A stretch of 64,000 bases of DNA from a bacterium (GTDB lineage Bacteria > Patescibacteriota > Minisyncoccia > UBA6257 > GWB1-50-10): contig JAJYXV010000003.1 in NCBI GenBank assembly GCA_021801565.1, forward strand, positions 132,894-196,893, in the 5' to 3' direction. A program made the translations under genes and the position numbers. Below, piece by piece: positions 20,716 through 30,911 of the stretch (position 1 is the stretch's first letter; each line of letters starts with the position of its first letter). The notes beneath the pieces were generated by a model. That model saw nothing but the letters and a program-made list of their open reading frames with translations. It had not been told where the DNA came from and did no database searches.

Positions 20716-22827
20716 ATGCCTAGACAATATCCAATGGAACGAGTTCGTGATATCGGAATTATCGCTCATATTGATGCAGGAAAAACCACTGTGTCTGAGC
20801 GTGTTCTTTTTTATACCGGAATTTCTCATAAAATCGGAGAGGTGCATGAGGGAGAGGCTATTATGGATTGGATGGATCAAGAACGGGAACGGGGAATCAC
20901 GATTACTGCTGCAGCAACCACATGTTTTTGGACTCCAACATATATCGATCACTCGTCTCCTGAGGCAAAGAAAAATGAATATCGGATTAATCTTATTGAT
21001 ACCCCTGGGCACATTGATTTTACCGTCGAGGTGAAGCGATCACTTCGTGTACTTGATGGAGCGGTTGTAGTGTTTGATGGAGTAGCGGGTGTTGAACCGC
21101 AGTCAGAAACAAACTGGCGCTATGCCGACGAATACAATGTCCCGCGTCTTTGTTTTATTAATAAACTTGATCGTATGGGTGCGAGCTTTGAAAGAAGTTT
21201 TGCTTCAATCATTGATCGGCTTACTCCGAATGCAGTTGCAATTCAGCTTCCTATCGGAAGCGAGGAGGCGTTTTCAGGCGTCATTGATTTATTTGATAAG
21301 AAAACATATCGATTTGAAGGTGAACGCGGAGAAAAGGTGGTTTCTGAGGAGGTACCAGAGCAGATGAAGGAGCTCGTCGAAAAAAAGCGACACGAACTTG
21401 TTGAGAAAATTGCAGAAACCGATGACCAATTGATCAGCGATTATTTGGAAGGAAAGGAAATTTCTGTTTCTGCATTGAAGAAAGCGCTTCGCGCGGCAAC
21501 ACTTGCAGGGAAATTAGTTCCTGTACTTGTTGGTTCTGCTCTTAAAAACAAGGGAGTGCAACTTGTTCTTGATGCAGTTGTTGAATATCTTCCATCACCG
21601 CTCGATAAACCTCCAGTGAAGGGATTAAACCAAAAACACGAAGAAGTTCAGATTGTTGCAAAAGATGATGCACCGCTTTCTGCGCTTGCGTTTAAAATTG
21701 CAGCTGATCCGTTTGTAGGAACACTTTCGTTTTTCAGAGTGTATTCAGGAGTATTAAAACGTGGAAGTTATATTTTGAATGCGTCAAAAAATACACAAGA
21801 ACGCGTTGGACGTATTGTTCGTATGCATGCAAATCACAGAGAAGAGGTGGAAGAAATTTATGCGGGAGACTTAGGAGCTCTTGTTGGATTGAAAAATACA
21901 GGAACGGGGGATTCATTATCCGATCCGGAAACTCCAATTATTCTTGAAAAAATTACGTTTCCAGAACCGGTTATTTCAATTCGTATTGAACCGAAAACAA
22001 AAGCTGATCAAGAAAAAATGGGTCTTGCACTTCGCCGTCTTGCAGATGAAGATCCGACATTTCGTGTGAGCGGAAATGATTCGGGAGAAACAATTATTGA
22101 AGGTATGGGCGAACTCCATTTAGAGGTGCTTGTTGAACGCATGAAGCGTGAGTTTAGTGTGGAATCAAATGTCGGTCGTCCGCAGGTTGCGTATAAGGAG
22201 ACAATAAAAAATTCTGCAAAGGGAGAAGGGAAATATATTCGCCAGTCGGGTGGACGTGGTCAATATGGTCATGTGAGATTGGAAGTTGAACCGTTGGAAC
22301 GTGGCCAGGGATTTGAATTTGTTGACGCAATTAAAGGAGGGGTCATTCCTCAGGAATTTATCGCTCCTATCGAAAAAGGGGTAAAGGAAGCGATTACAAA
22401 AGGCGTGCTTGCAGGATATCCGGTGACCGATGTAAAAGTGACACTGTATGATGGATCATTCCATGAAGTTGATTCATCTGAGATTGCATTCCAAATTGCA
22501 GGTGCAATGGCGTTCCAAGAAGCTGCAAAACTTGGGAAGTTGGTATTGCTTGAGCCGATCATGAAAATACAGACAATTGCTCCAGGAGAATTTTTGGGAG
22601 ATATCACGGGTGATTTAAGTTCAAAGCGTGCAAAAATTAATGAAATGGGAGAACGGGGCACTGCACGTTTGGTGGATGCTGAAGTACCACTTTCAGAAAT
22701 GTTTGGATATGTGACAAAACTTCGCTCAATGACGCAGGGAAGAGGGTCATTCACTATGGAATTCAGCCATTATGCGGAGGTTCCGGGAAATGTTGCTCAA
22801 CTTATTATTGAAGGGAAAAAGAAATAA
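20716..22827 (+). CDS. fusA: Elongation factor G
   Basis: [23 protein letters not shown]. Confidence 0.99.
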   Translation: MPRQYPMERVRDIGIIAHIDAGKTTVSERVLFYTGISHKIGEVHEGEAIMDWMDQERERGITITAAATTCFWTPTYIDHSSPEAKKNEYRINLIDTPGHIDFTVEVKRSLRVLDGAVVVFDGVAGVEPQSETNWRYADEYNVPRLCFINKLDRMGASFERSFASIIDRLTPNAVAIQLPIGSEEAFSGVIDLFDKKTYRFEGERGEKVVSEEVPEQMKELVEKKRHELVEKIAETDDQLISDYLEGKEISVSALKKALRAATLAGKLVPVLVGSALKNKGVQLVLDAVVEYLPSPLDKPPVKGLNQKHEEVQIVAKDDAPLSALAFKIAADPFVGTLSFFRVYSGVLKRGSYILNASKNTQERVGRIVRMHANHREEVEEIYAGDLGALVGLKNTGTGDSLSDPETPIILEKITFPEPVISIRIEPKTKADQEKMGLALRRLADEDPTFRVSGNDSGETIIEGMGELHLEVLVERMKREFSVESNVGRPQVAYKETIKNSAKGEGKYIRQSGGRGQYGHVRLEVEPLERGQGFEFVDAIKGGVIPQEFIAPIEKGVKEAITKGVLAGYPVTDVKVTLYDGSFHEVDSSEIAFQIAGAMAFQEAAKLGKLVLLEPIMKIQTIAPGEFLGDITGDLSSKRAKINEMGERGTARLVDAEVPLSEMFGYVTKLRSMTQGRGSFTMEFSHYAEVPGNVAQLIIEGKKK

Positions 22828-22993
22828 GCGTTTTTCTCACTCTGTTTTGTTATATTTTGAAAACGCGAAACCCCGCATTAAAAGTGTCACAAAACTACAC
22901 TCAAGGACGGACTTTATACGCTTTTCGGTTCGGGGTAGATAGCACCGAACTTTTTATTATATAATCAGATGCGGAGAGGATAGTTTTTATAGT

Positions 22994-23278
22994 ATGAAGA
23001 TTCTTAAACTTTTTCTTTTCTTGATTGTATTTGGTATTCTTGTGTGGGGATTTTATCGCCTAAGGGGGGAGCGAGAAACGCTTGTGGAAGAGGTAAAAAA
23101 ACTTCAAGAAACCACTGACTCATTAAAAAAAGAAAACTCATCTTTGGTTGAAAAAATTGAATATTTAAAAAATCCTGAAAATTTAATGAAAGAATTGCGA
23201 GCGCAATTGAACTATAAAAAACAGGGGGAGAATATGATTATTGTGATCCCTCCAAAGACGACAAGCACGGCACCATAG
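22994..23278 (+). CDS. FtsB/DivIC-like septum formation initiator
   Basis: TM followed by coiled coil; R..LNY...GE. Confidence 0.7.
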   Translation: MKILKLFLFLIVFGILVWGFYRLRGERETLVEEVKKLQETTDSLKKENSSLVEKIEYLKNPENLMKELRAQLNYKKQGENMIIVIPPKTTSTAP

Positions 23279-23362
23279 GAGAAATTCTAAATCCTAATTA
23301 CTAATTTCTAAATAATATTAAAATTCAAAAATACAAATTTAAAAAATAAACAAAGAGACTTT

Positions 23363-23483
23363 GCGGGCTTGCCCGCCGAAGTTTTCTGAAACGAAGGCGG
23401 GATTGGTTCGGTGCCCGCCCAAAACTTTGTGTTAAGGCGGGTCCGCAAAAATGTCGACATTGTCGCTTTTGGCGGAGTAGAAT
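23363..23483 (+). pseudogene. tRNA-Gly 5' relic split by three hairpin inserts
   Basis: GCGGG|ATTGGTTCGGTG|GTAGAAT (20/24 to intact tRNA-Gly) with inserts at 23368-23401, 23414-23441 and 23442-23476. Confidence 0.75.
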
Positions 23484-23503
23484 TTGCGTGATACAATACA
23501 AAA

Positions 23504-23764
23504 ATGTATTACACATATGTTCTTTTGTGTAAAGGTAAGGATAGAGAAAAGATGTATTTTGGATTTACAGGGGATTTAAAGTTAAGAATAGGACAATATC
23601 GAAAAAAAATGGTAAAAACTACAAGGAGTTTTAATGAGATTGAACTTATCTATTACGAATCGTGTAGAAATAAAACGGACGCAAGAAAGAGAGAAATTCA
23701 ACTAAAAACGGGATTTGGACGGGGTTATTTAAAAAGAAGGTTAGAAAATGATATTAAAAATTAA
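23504..23764 (+). CDS. Small GIY-YIG nuclease
   Basis: YTYVL...MYFGFTGDLKLR, YYE, ARKREIQLKTGFGR. Confidence 0.9.
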   Translation: MYYTYVLLCKGKDREKMYFGFTGDLKLRIGQYRKKMVKTTRSFNEIELIYYESCRNKTDARKREIQLKTGFGRGYLKRRLENDIKN

Positions 23765-23768
23765 TTTT

Positions 23769-23839
23769 GCGGGTATGGTTTAGTGGTAGAATGCGACCTT
23801 CCCAAGGTTGAGACAGGAGTTCGATTCTCCTTACCCGCA
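23769..23839 (+). tRNA. tRNA-Gly(CCC)
   Basis: Acceptor GCGGGTA/TACCCGC, anticodon loop TTCCCAA, GTTCGATT. Confidence 0.96.
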
Positions 23840-23876
23840 CACAAAAAGCGACAGAAATATACAATAAGTGGTGTAT

Positions 23877-24224
23877 ATGTTTTCAAAAAAGAATTTTCAA
23901 GATATTCCCATAGAAGGGACATCTCATATATCTGGTTCACGAAAAATAATTACTGCAAAAGAAGAGACAACTTCCAAGTATTTTGAAGCACATACTTACG
24001 GTTATTTACCATCTGGTGTGAAATGGGAAATGCACGAACATGATAATATTGTTGAAATTTGCGTTGTCACAAAAGGTAGGGGAATAATCAGAGATTTTCA
24101 AGGCAACGAGGAAATTTTTGTTGTGGGAGATAGGTTTATATTTCCCCCTAACACAAAACACGAGATCGAAAATAATTCGACTGAAGAAGCTGAATTTTAC
24201 TTTTTTAGATTCAAAGATCAGTAA
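23877..24224 (+). CDS. Cupin-domain protein
   Basis: HEH...E...G.G and GD..IFPP..KH.I.N cupin motifs. Confidence 0.85.
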   Translation: MFSKKNFQDIPIEGTSHISGSRKIITAKEETTSKYFEAHTYGYLPSGVKWEMHEHDNIVEICVVTKGRGIIRDFQGNEEIFVVGDRFIFPPNTKHEIENNSTEEAEFYFFRFKDQ

Positions 24225-24304
24225 AGCTTTTTAAATTTACACGGGCTCTTAGGGCGTTTAATTAAAATAACGTACAATTATCTGCACAAAAAAAAACGCG
24301 ATAA

Positions 24305-24517
24305 TTATCGCGTCTTTTTTGATGAAAACAAATCACAGAAAAAGTCAGAGATTTTAAGAATTATTTTGATTGCGGGAATACATATTTTTTCCCCAATTTT
24401 TTCTCCCAGTGTTTGTTCGTGGAATCGAAAGGGAATGGGATATCCGCCGTTGACTCTTATAATTGCATCGTTTGCCAGATCTTCTAACAGTGCATCCATT
24501 TCTCTTGAGATTTCCAT
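24305..24517 (-). CDS. Small hypothetical protein
   Basis: ATG at 24517 preceded by GGAGG; the longer ORF start lies inside the IS-derived element. Confidence 0.5.
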   Translation of the reverse strand: MEISREMDALLEDLANDAIIRVNGGYPIPFRFHEQTLGEKIGEKICIPAIKIILKISDFFCDLFSSKKTR

Positions 24518-24569
24518 AAATCCTCCGCCTATTTTTATATTACTTTCTTCTTTATACCTCTTTATGTAA

Positions 24570-24740
24570 ATGACCTCCTCCCCGGACTCCACTTTGTTGC
24601 GTCCGGGGTTTCCTTTTGATGGCACGCTTTGCGTGAGACGGCGGTATTCGCTTCGCGAAACCATATAAGGTTCCATTCATCCCCGCACTCTGGCGGCTCC
24701 GTCAGTGGATGACGCCGCCGCCGTGCGTGGTTTCCTGGTA
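24570..24740 (-). mobile_element. Non-autonomous IS200-derived miniature element
   Basis: 47-bp identity to IS right end and 22-bp plus terminal identity to left end; no transposase. Confidence 0.88.
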
Positions 24741-24779
24741 ATTAAAAAGCGCAACGATTTTGTTGCGCTTTTTTTATCT

Positions 24780-25433
24780 TTAAAACGTTAATACCGCTTC
24801 AATTCGGGTTGTGAGCTTATATCGCTCACGGGAATCTTTTTGTCCGGTAGTCATGACCCTTCCTAGAATATCAATATTTTTAGTGGGCGAGACCTGAACA
24901 ACAACTCCATAACCATAGTCCGACTCAGCTGTTAATCCTCCGGCAAACCAGTAATTTTTTTCGATGTAATATAAGAGGTCACCTCGTCCGGAAATTGCAT
25001 CCGCAGCATATAGAAATCCACGGAGTTCGAAATTATCAGACGGAGCATAATATGTTCTCATCTGGAATTCAGCAACAGTTTCTTTTTGAGCCCTATCATT
25101 TGTGAAGTATTTAGGCCCAACAAGAAAATCGAACGTAGCATTTTGCAAGAACAATGATACACCACCAGCGACAGATGCAGAAGAGTCGCCAATTACGCGT
25201 CCGCTGGCGATCAGTCCCAACTTGCTATTCTCATGCTTGTAACGCATGAGAAAATTTAATTCAGTATATTTTTTATTATCCATTCGGTCGTAGTCAATTT
25301 GGTTGACCTGACCTCCACGGAAACTCCAACTAAGACGGCCATTATTGCATCCTTTCTGCCCATTCGTTTGAGGACAAAAGATAGTTACTATCATCGAAAC
25401 TACTAGAAAAATGAAAAAAGTTTTCTTTTTCAT
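24780..25433 (-). CDS. Secreted beta-strand-rich hypothetical protein
   Basis: Signal peptide, alternating hydrophobic strands, C-terminal Phe. Confidence 0.7.
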   Translation of the reverse strand: MKKKTFFIFLVVSMIVTIFCPQTNGQKGCNNGRLSWSFRGGQVNQIDYDRMDNKKYTELNFLMRYKHENSKLGLIASGRVIGDSSASVAGGVSLFLQNATFDFLVGPKYFTNDRAQKETVAEFQMRTYYAPSDNFELRGFLYAADAISGRGDLLYYIEKNYWFAGGLTAESDYGYGVVVQVSPTKNIDILGRVMTTGQKDSRERYKLTTRIEAVLTF

Positions 25434-25574
25434 CGCACCTCTCCTTGTAAAAGGTTAGTTAATTTGCTGAATGTATTTTATCATCAATTTGTGGTTGAGT
25501 CAACTTCACACATTTTATAAAAGTGCAGAATAAATTTTCGCTTGTCATAAGTAATAATACATATAGAATAGAGA

Positions 25575-26633
25575 ATGCTTATGGAATTTGGATTTTGGAA
25601 AAAACTTCGCCCCGTTAGAAATAATTTATATGGCGACAAAAAAATTTCTAACGGGGTAAAAAAACCTTTTTTTGCGATTGCGCCAATGGCAGATGTAACT
25701 GACATTGCATTTCGGGAGACTATTGCAAAATATGGAGCTCCCGATGTGTTTTGGACCGAGTTTGTTTCATGCGATGGGTTGTGTTCGCACGGAAAAGAGA
25801 AGTTATTGATTGATCTGAAATATACAAAAAAACAAAAACCGATTGTGGCACAACTTTTTGGCGCAATGCCGAAACATTTTTATGAATGTGCGTTGCTCGC
25901 GCAAAAACTTGGATTTGATGGTATTGATATTAATATGGGATGTCCTGATCGCGCAGTGGAAAAACAAGGAGCTGGCGCAGCACTTATGAAAAATCCGAAA
26001 CTTGCGCAGGAAATTATTAAAGAAACAAAACGCGGTGCAGGAAAATTACCGGTGTCGGTGAAAACGCGTCTTGGATATAACAAGGATATGATGGAGGATT
26101 GGCTTCCGTATATTTTTGAAATGGAGCCTGCGGTGATTACGGTGCATGGTCGAACACGAAAAGAGATGTCGAGAGTTCCTACGCGGTGGAACAGAATCAC
26201 TGACGCAGTTTTCTTACGCGATGGGTATTTTTCTCATGGAGAAGAAAAACCGCTTATTATCGGGAATGGGGATATTTTGAGTGTCGAGGATGGGCTAGAA
26301 AAGGCAAAAGAATCGGGAGTCGATGGAATTATGGTGGGAAGAGGAATATTCGGAAATCCATTCTTTTTTGCAAAAAACAGAAAAGAAGTTCTTTTGAAAA
26401 AACGATTATCGGTAATGCTCGAACATGTCCGTCTCTTTGAAAAGTATTTTGGAAATTCAAATATCCATCGCTCTACATCGCTCAAAAACTTTGATAATAT
26501 GAAGAAGCATTTTAAAGCGTACGTTTCTGGCTTTGATAACGCGAAAGAATTGCGAATAAAACTTATGAGTACGAAAAGTGCGAATGAGGTGGAAGATGTT
26601 ATGGATGAATGGTCTAAATTAAATAAAATTTAG
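25575..26633 (+). CDS. tRNA-dihydrouridine synthase (Dus), with 17-aa in-frame insert near the N-terminus
   Basis: APMADVTD, DINMGCP, VSVKTRLG, VHGRT, GNGDI, MVGRG. Confidence 0.95.
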   Translation: MLMEFGFWKKLRPVRNNLYGDKKISNGVKKPFFAIAPMADVTDIAFRETIAKYGAPDVFWTEFVSCDGLCSHGKEKLLIDLKYTKKQKPIVAQLFGAMPKHFYECALLAQKLGFDGIDINMGCPDRAVEKQGAGAALMKNPKLAQEIIKETKRGAGKLPVSVKTRLGYNKDMMEDWLPYIFEMEPAVITVHGRTRKEMSRVPTRWNRITDAVFLRDGYFSHGEEKPLIIGNGDILSVEDGLEKAKESGVDGIMVGRGIFGNPFFFAKNRKEVLLKKRLSVMLEHVRLFEKYFGNSNIHRSTSLKNFDNMKKHFKAYVSGFDNAKELRIKLMSTKSANEVEDVMDEWSKLNKI

Positions 26634-26742
26634 ACAGCAGATTTCCATGTACTTTCCCATTTTATAGGTGGTCTTGTGCTATTGACATATTATCATGTAT
26701 ATGTTACACTTGAAAGCAGAACATAAATAAAAAGGAAAAAAT

Positions 26743-27069
26743 ATGTTGCAATTTTTGCAATTGTTTTTTGTATCGTTGTTTTCTTTTGTTGTTGCGCTCG
26801 CATCATTTATTTTCATGTTGGGTGCGGGAAGAATTACGCGACAGATTGCATTCGGTATTTCATTGTTGTTTGGCGGCATGACATTCGTTTACGCCGCGCA
26901 TGCAAATGAGATATTGCATTCTGCAGTTGTCGTTCATTCTTCTTCGTCAATATTTGCTGGAGACATCCTTAGTTTTACCGTTCATGTGTTGTTTTGGGGC
27001 GGCATTGGGATAGTTCTCTGTCTTTTACTATCAGCATTTCAGTGGACACGCGCAAGGTTAATTAACTAA
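26743..27069 (+). CDS. Hypothetical membrane protein
   Basis: Three hydrophobic segments. Confidence 0.6.
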   Translation: MLQFLQLFFVSLFSFVVALASFIFMLGAGRITRQIAFGISLLFGGMTFVYAAHANEILHSAVVVHSSSSIFAGDILSFTVHVLFWGGIGIVLCLLLSAFQWTRARLIN

Positions 27070-27137
27070 ATAATCAAAAACAAAAGGAATCGGATACGTA
27101 CATATCTCTACAGGGTTGGCAAACCTCTCGTGAGATC

Positions 27138-27389
27138 GTGGAACATGATGGCAAGTTATATTTTGAGGTGGCAGAACAAGGTCATTGCAGTACTTGCCAG
27201 TCACGAATTAGTCATGTTTATGCCGTGGTATCGCGCAAAAAATTGCAAGTTACCTATGGACATTTACTTGACCGGTTTCCACGTGATGCACGCACCCTTT
27301 GGGTGGGTCTAGAGAAGCCGAAAGCCGAGATGAGTAGCGAGGAGATTAAAACTCTCTTTCGGGAAAATCTTGAACTTCCTATTCTTTAA
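27138..27389 (+). CDS. Hypothetical protein or gene fragment
   Basis: Frame open from 27066 without an ATG; protein-like composition. Confidence 0.35.
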   Translation: MEHDGKLYFEVAEQGHCSTCQSRISHVYAVVSRKKLQVTYGHLLDRFPRDARTLWVGLEKPKAEMSSEEIKTLFRENLELPIL

Positions 27390-27602
27390 ATCTTAGGCAC
27401 GTCAATGGAAAAATCCAAACAAAACATAATTTAGGTTATGTCTCTGGTTAGGTGGGAAGCCTTCCCGCCTGAAACTGAAAACTGCTGAGAAGTAGACAAA
27501 AAGGAAAAGATTTAGATCGCCATTGTACATTGCTTGGCGGTCTTTTTATTTTATGTTTTCATGTTTTTGTGTATGATGTAATACGGTTAGAGTATTAACT
27601 TT

Positions 27603-28793
27603 ATGAGACGTTTATTGAAACAACATTTTGGATTTCACTCGTTTCTTCCATATCAGGAGGATATTATTGCCGATATTCTCCAGAAGAAAGATGTCATTGC
27701 GGTACTTCCCACGGGTGCAGGGAAATCATTGTGTTATCAACTTCCCGCACTTGAACTTCCCGGGGTGACATTGGTGGTGTCTCCGCTTATTTCACTTATG
27801 AAGGATCAGGTAAATTCACTTGAAGGGAAGAATATTCCCGCGGCATACTTGAATAGTAGTCTTGGGGTGAAAGAAACAAGGCAAATAAAGGAGGATGTAC
27901 TGAGTGGAAAAGTAAAGTTGTTATATGTCGCTCCCGAGCGTTTGGTGAAAGATGGATTTTTAGACTTTCTTCTTGATTGCGGCATTTCACTTATTGCGAT
28001 TGACGAGGCGCATTGTATTTCCGAATGGGGACATGATTTTCGTCCTGAGTATCGAAAACTTGGAATGCTTCGTGAAAAATTTCCTGGAGTTCCTATTGTT
28101 GCACTTACCGCGACTGCAACACGAAAAGTAAGAGATGATATAAAAATGCAATTGAAATTTAAGGAAGGGATGTACGGCGAACACCGCGCAAGTTTTAATA
28201 GAGAGAATCTTAATTATATTATTCGTCCGAAGGATAATGCATATTATTACATTCAGGCATATGTGGAGGATCACCCGAACCACTCGGGAATTATTTATTG
28301 TCACAGTAGAAAGTCAGTTGAGCGCATGGCAGAAGATCTGGTAATGGATGGAATTGAAGCGGCACCGTATCACGCTGGACTTCCACAAAAAGAGCGTACG
28401 GAAAATCAGGAAAAATTTCAAAAGGGAAAACTGCGGATTATTGTAGCCACGATTGCATTTGGAATGGGTATTGATAAACCAAATGTGCGTTTTGTGATTC
28501 ACTATGATATTCCAAAAAATCTTGAGGGGTATTATCAAGAAACGGGGCGTGCGGGAAGAGACGGGTTACCGTCGGATTGTATATTGTTTTTTGGATATGG
28601 TGATAAGATGAAACATGAATTTTTTATTCGGCAGAGTAAGAACGAGCAACGCGCAACAATTGCTCAGTATCAGCTTGATAGAATGGTTGAATTTTGCACA
28701 TCGGGGGAATGTAGAAGAAAAACACTTCTTGCATATTTTGGTGAGGCATATCCAAATGAGAATTGCGGGATGTGTGATATATGTAACTATTAA
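27603..28793 (+). CDS. recQ: RecQ helicase, short form ending after the Zn-binding subdomain
   Basis: PTGAGKSLCYQ, DEAHCISEWGHDFRP, QETGRAGRDG, CRR...CGMCDIC. Confidence 0.95.
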   Translation: MRRLLKQHFGFHSFLPYQEDIIADILQKKDVIAVLPTGAGKSLCYQLPALELPGVTLVVSPLISLMKDQVNSLEGKNIPAAYLNSSLGVKETRQIKEDVLSGKVKLLYVAPERLVKDGFLDFLLDCGISLIAIDEAHCISEWGHDFRPEYRKLGMLREKFPGVPIVALTATATRKVRDDIKMQLKFKEGMYGEHRASFNRENLNYIIRPKDNAYYYIQAYVEDHPNHSGIIYCHSRKSVERMAEDLVMDGIEAAPYHAGLPQKERTENQEKFQKGKLRIIVATIAFGMGIDKPNVRFVIHYDIPKNLEGYYQETGRAGRDGLPSDCILFFGYGDKMKHEFFIRQSKNEQRATIAQYQLDRMVEFCTSGECRRKTLLAYFGEAYPNENCGMCDICNY

Positions 28794-28814
28794 CTTTAAG
28801 CAAATATATTTATC

Positions 28815-28840
28815 AGGCACTATGACATGTCATAGTGCCT
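28815..28840. repeat. 26-bp perfect palindrome; related copies at 14319-14334 and 36359-36380
   Basis: AGGCACTATGACATGTCATAGTGCCT. Confidence 0.85.
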
Positions 28841-28957
28841 AAGTTTATGTTTTTATTAAGATCATTTACCCATTCGTACGAATTAGTCCATAAGGAATTT
28901 AACATTTTTGTGGGTTTGTAAACTGTTCATTGGGAAAATAGGTGGTAAAATAGAAAT

Positions 28958-29035
28958 ATGAACAAATCACGGAAAGTAGCAAAAAAGAAACACGCAAAAA
29001 AACAGGGAAAAAAGGTTTCGGTGCGTTATCGATAA
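28958..29035 (+). CDS. Putative 25-aa basic peptide
   Basis: MNKSRKVAKKKHAKKQGKKVSVRYR; TGGTAAAAT extended -10 six nt upstream. Confidence 0.45.
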   Translation: MNKSRKVAKKKHAKKQGKKVSVRYR

Positions 29036-29101
29036 TCCATAACTTGTCCCGTAAGAGTTTTACGTCGCAATAAATAACGGCATTTTCTTATTTTTAATAA
29101 T

Positions 29102-30277
29102 ATGACACTAAGAAACTCAAGCGGGATTCAACGCGGGATTGCCACATTTACACTCGATTATGGGAAGTGCCCAAAGTGGCTTTTTGACCGCATGGTGATG
29201 CTGGGGCGTGAAATGATGCATGTAATCGTCGCAGAAGAGGGTCCCGACGCCTTTATACGGCGTATTGGGGATCCGGTGTGGTTCCAGTCCTTAGGGACGG
29301 TCTTGGCATTTGATTGGAATGCGTCTGGGCTTACGACGATACTTACCGCGGCACTCAAAGAAGCAATCCGAGGGGAAGAATGCAACCTTGGAGTTTTTAT
29401 TTGTGGGGGGAAAGGAAAGACATCTCGAAAGACACCCGATGAAATATTTACATGGGGATCTCGATTGGCGCTCAGTGAAAAAAATATGCGCGCACTTTCA
29501 TATAATTCACGCATGGCGGCGAAGGTGGATAGTGCACTTATTCAAGATGGATTTCAAATATATCATCATACATTTTTCTTTACAAAAAATGGAGCATGGA
29601 CAGTGGTGCAGCAGGGGATGAATAAGGAAAATCAAACTGCGCGCCGATATCATTGGCATTCGGAAACGGCAAAGGATCTTATTCGTGAACCGCATTCGGG
29701 AATTTCGAGTCAAATAAAAATTCCAAATGTTTTAAATATGACGGCGAATGAAAGTGAAAAAAATCGGGAGATAAGTGCGGATCTTACGCGTCAGAGTTTT
29801 GGGACGCTTATGAAAGATATTCAGCTTCTTCGGAGATATTATTCTCCACTTTCAAAAATGGTTTCGTTGGGAAATGGTGAGGGAAAACAGCTTACACTCC
29901 TTGAACTTGAAAACAAAGAGTTTCATACCCATCCCGTAATTACTGAAGATTTTTCAAAAAGCGCATATCTTGAGAAAATTTTGTGGAAACTATGCGATGA
30001 ACAGCCGGAGAGCTATGAAAAACTTCTTTCAACCGAAGGGGTGGGTCTAAAAACAATTCGTGCACTCGCACTTGTGTCGGAAGTCATTTATGGCGCAAAA
30101 CCTTCATATGAAGATCCTGCGCGTTATTCATTTGCGCATGGGGGAAAAGATGCAACCCCATATCCCGTTGATAGAAAGACATATGATATGACCATTAATA
30201 CCATGAAGAAATATGTGGAAAAAACGAGAATTCCGCTTCCGGAAAAAAACAAAATTCAAAAACGTCTGGCTGTTTGA
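29102..30277 (+). CDS. DUF763-family protein
   Basis: PKWLFDRM, DPVWFQSLG...DWNASG, VVQQGMN...ARRYHW, FAHGGKD..PYPVD. Confidence 0.88.
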   Translation: MTLRNSSGIQRGIATFTLDYGKCPKWLFDRMVMLGREMMHVIVAEEGPDAFIRRIGDPVWFQSLGTVLAFDWNASGLTTILTAALKEAIRGEECNLGVFICGGKGKTSRKTPDEIFTWGSRLALSEKNMRALSYNSRMAAKVDSALIQDGFQIYHHTFFFTKNGAWTVVQQGMNKENQTARRYHWHSETAKDLIREPHSGISSQIKIPNVLNMTANESEKNREISADLTRQSFGTLMKDIQLLRRYYSPLSKMVSLGNGEGKQLTLLELENKEFHTHPVITEDFSKSAYLEKILWKLCDEQPESYEKLLSTEGVGLKTIRALALVSEVIYGAKPSYEDPARYSFAHGGKDATPYPVDRKTYDMTINTMKKYVEKTRIPLPEKNKIQKRLAV

Positions 30278-30342
30278 TTGTTTTATGGGCATATAAAAAA
30301 ACTCTATATGTATAGAGCTTTTTATTCTTATGCTTTTGTTAG

Positions 30343-30747
30343 TTAGCATACTTCCCGAACCTTAACCGGAACGAGAAAAGAATTTAGCACGCCCATTATT
30401 TCTTTCATCTCTTTCCTCTTTTTTTCATTCAACTCTGTTGTATCAGACAGAGAATCGTAATATCCGATTGGAATATCGCACACAATATCTCTTTTACTTC
30501 CGTTACCAATTCCCTTGATGTGAAAATATATTAGGCCGCTTATATTGTATGGTAGAATTAGTGTAGGGGTATCGAAATTTTGTGAATTCAAATTAGGAAG
30601 AAATGATTCTTTGATAGTTACAACAAAACCTCTATCTCGTGCTTCTAATGCAAAATGTTTAAGGCACTCATAGTTTTCAGGAAAAAGATGAAAAACTACC
30701 CTTTTTGCTATTATTTTAATCTTTAGGAGAATGGATAACTTCGTCAT
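30343..30747 (-). CDS. Hypothetical protein
   Basis: ORF preceded by AAGGAG. Confidence 0.55.
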   Translation of the reverse strand: MTKLSILLKIKIIAKRVVFHLFPENYECLKHFALEARDRGFVVTIKESFLPNLNSQNFDTPTLILPYNISGLIYFHIKGIGNGSKRDIVCDIPIGYYDSLSDTTELNEKKRKEMKEIMGVLNSFLVPVKVREVC

Positions 30748-30911
30748 GACGCACGCTCCTTTGTTTGTGAATGGTTATTAACTGTTTTAATAATACAATA
30801 TAGGTTTATTTATGTCAAATTAAAAAGAATGTTTTAAAAAATACACACATTAGTTTGAGTGTATTTTTATTTCTTCTGAGTTTATGGTTTTAATGTTAAA
30901 ATTTAGAATGA

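Noticed and set aside
22828-22993. tuf missing after fusA, and an imperfect inverted repeat at 22870-22936
   Set aside because: Split str operons are not rare; the repeat is single-copy here and cannot be classified
24518-24676. N-terminal extension of ORF 24305..24676
   Set aside because: Runs through the IS-derived element; the SD-led ATG at 24517 is more plausible
27603-28793. recQ as a pseudogene
   Set aside because: Ends cleanly after the Zn-binding motif; short RecQ forms exist
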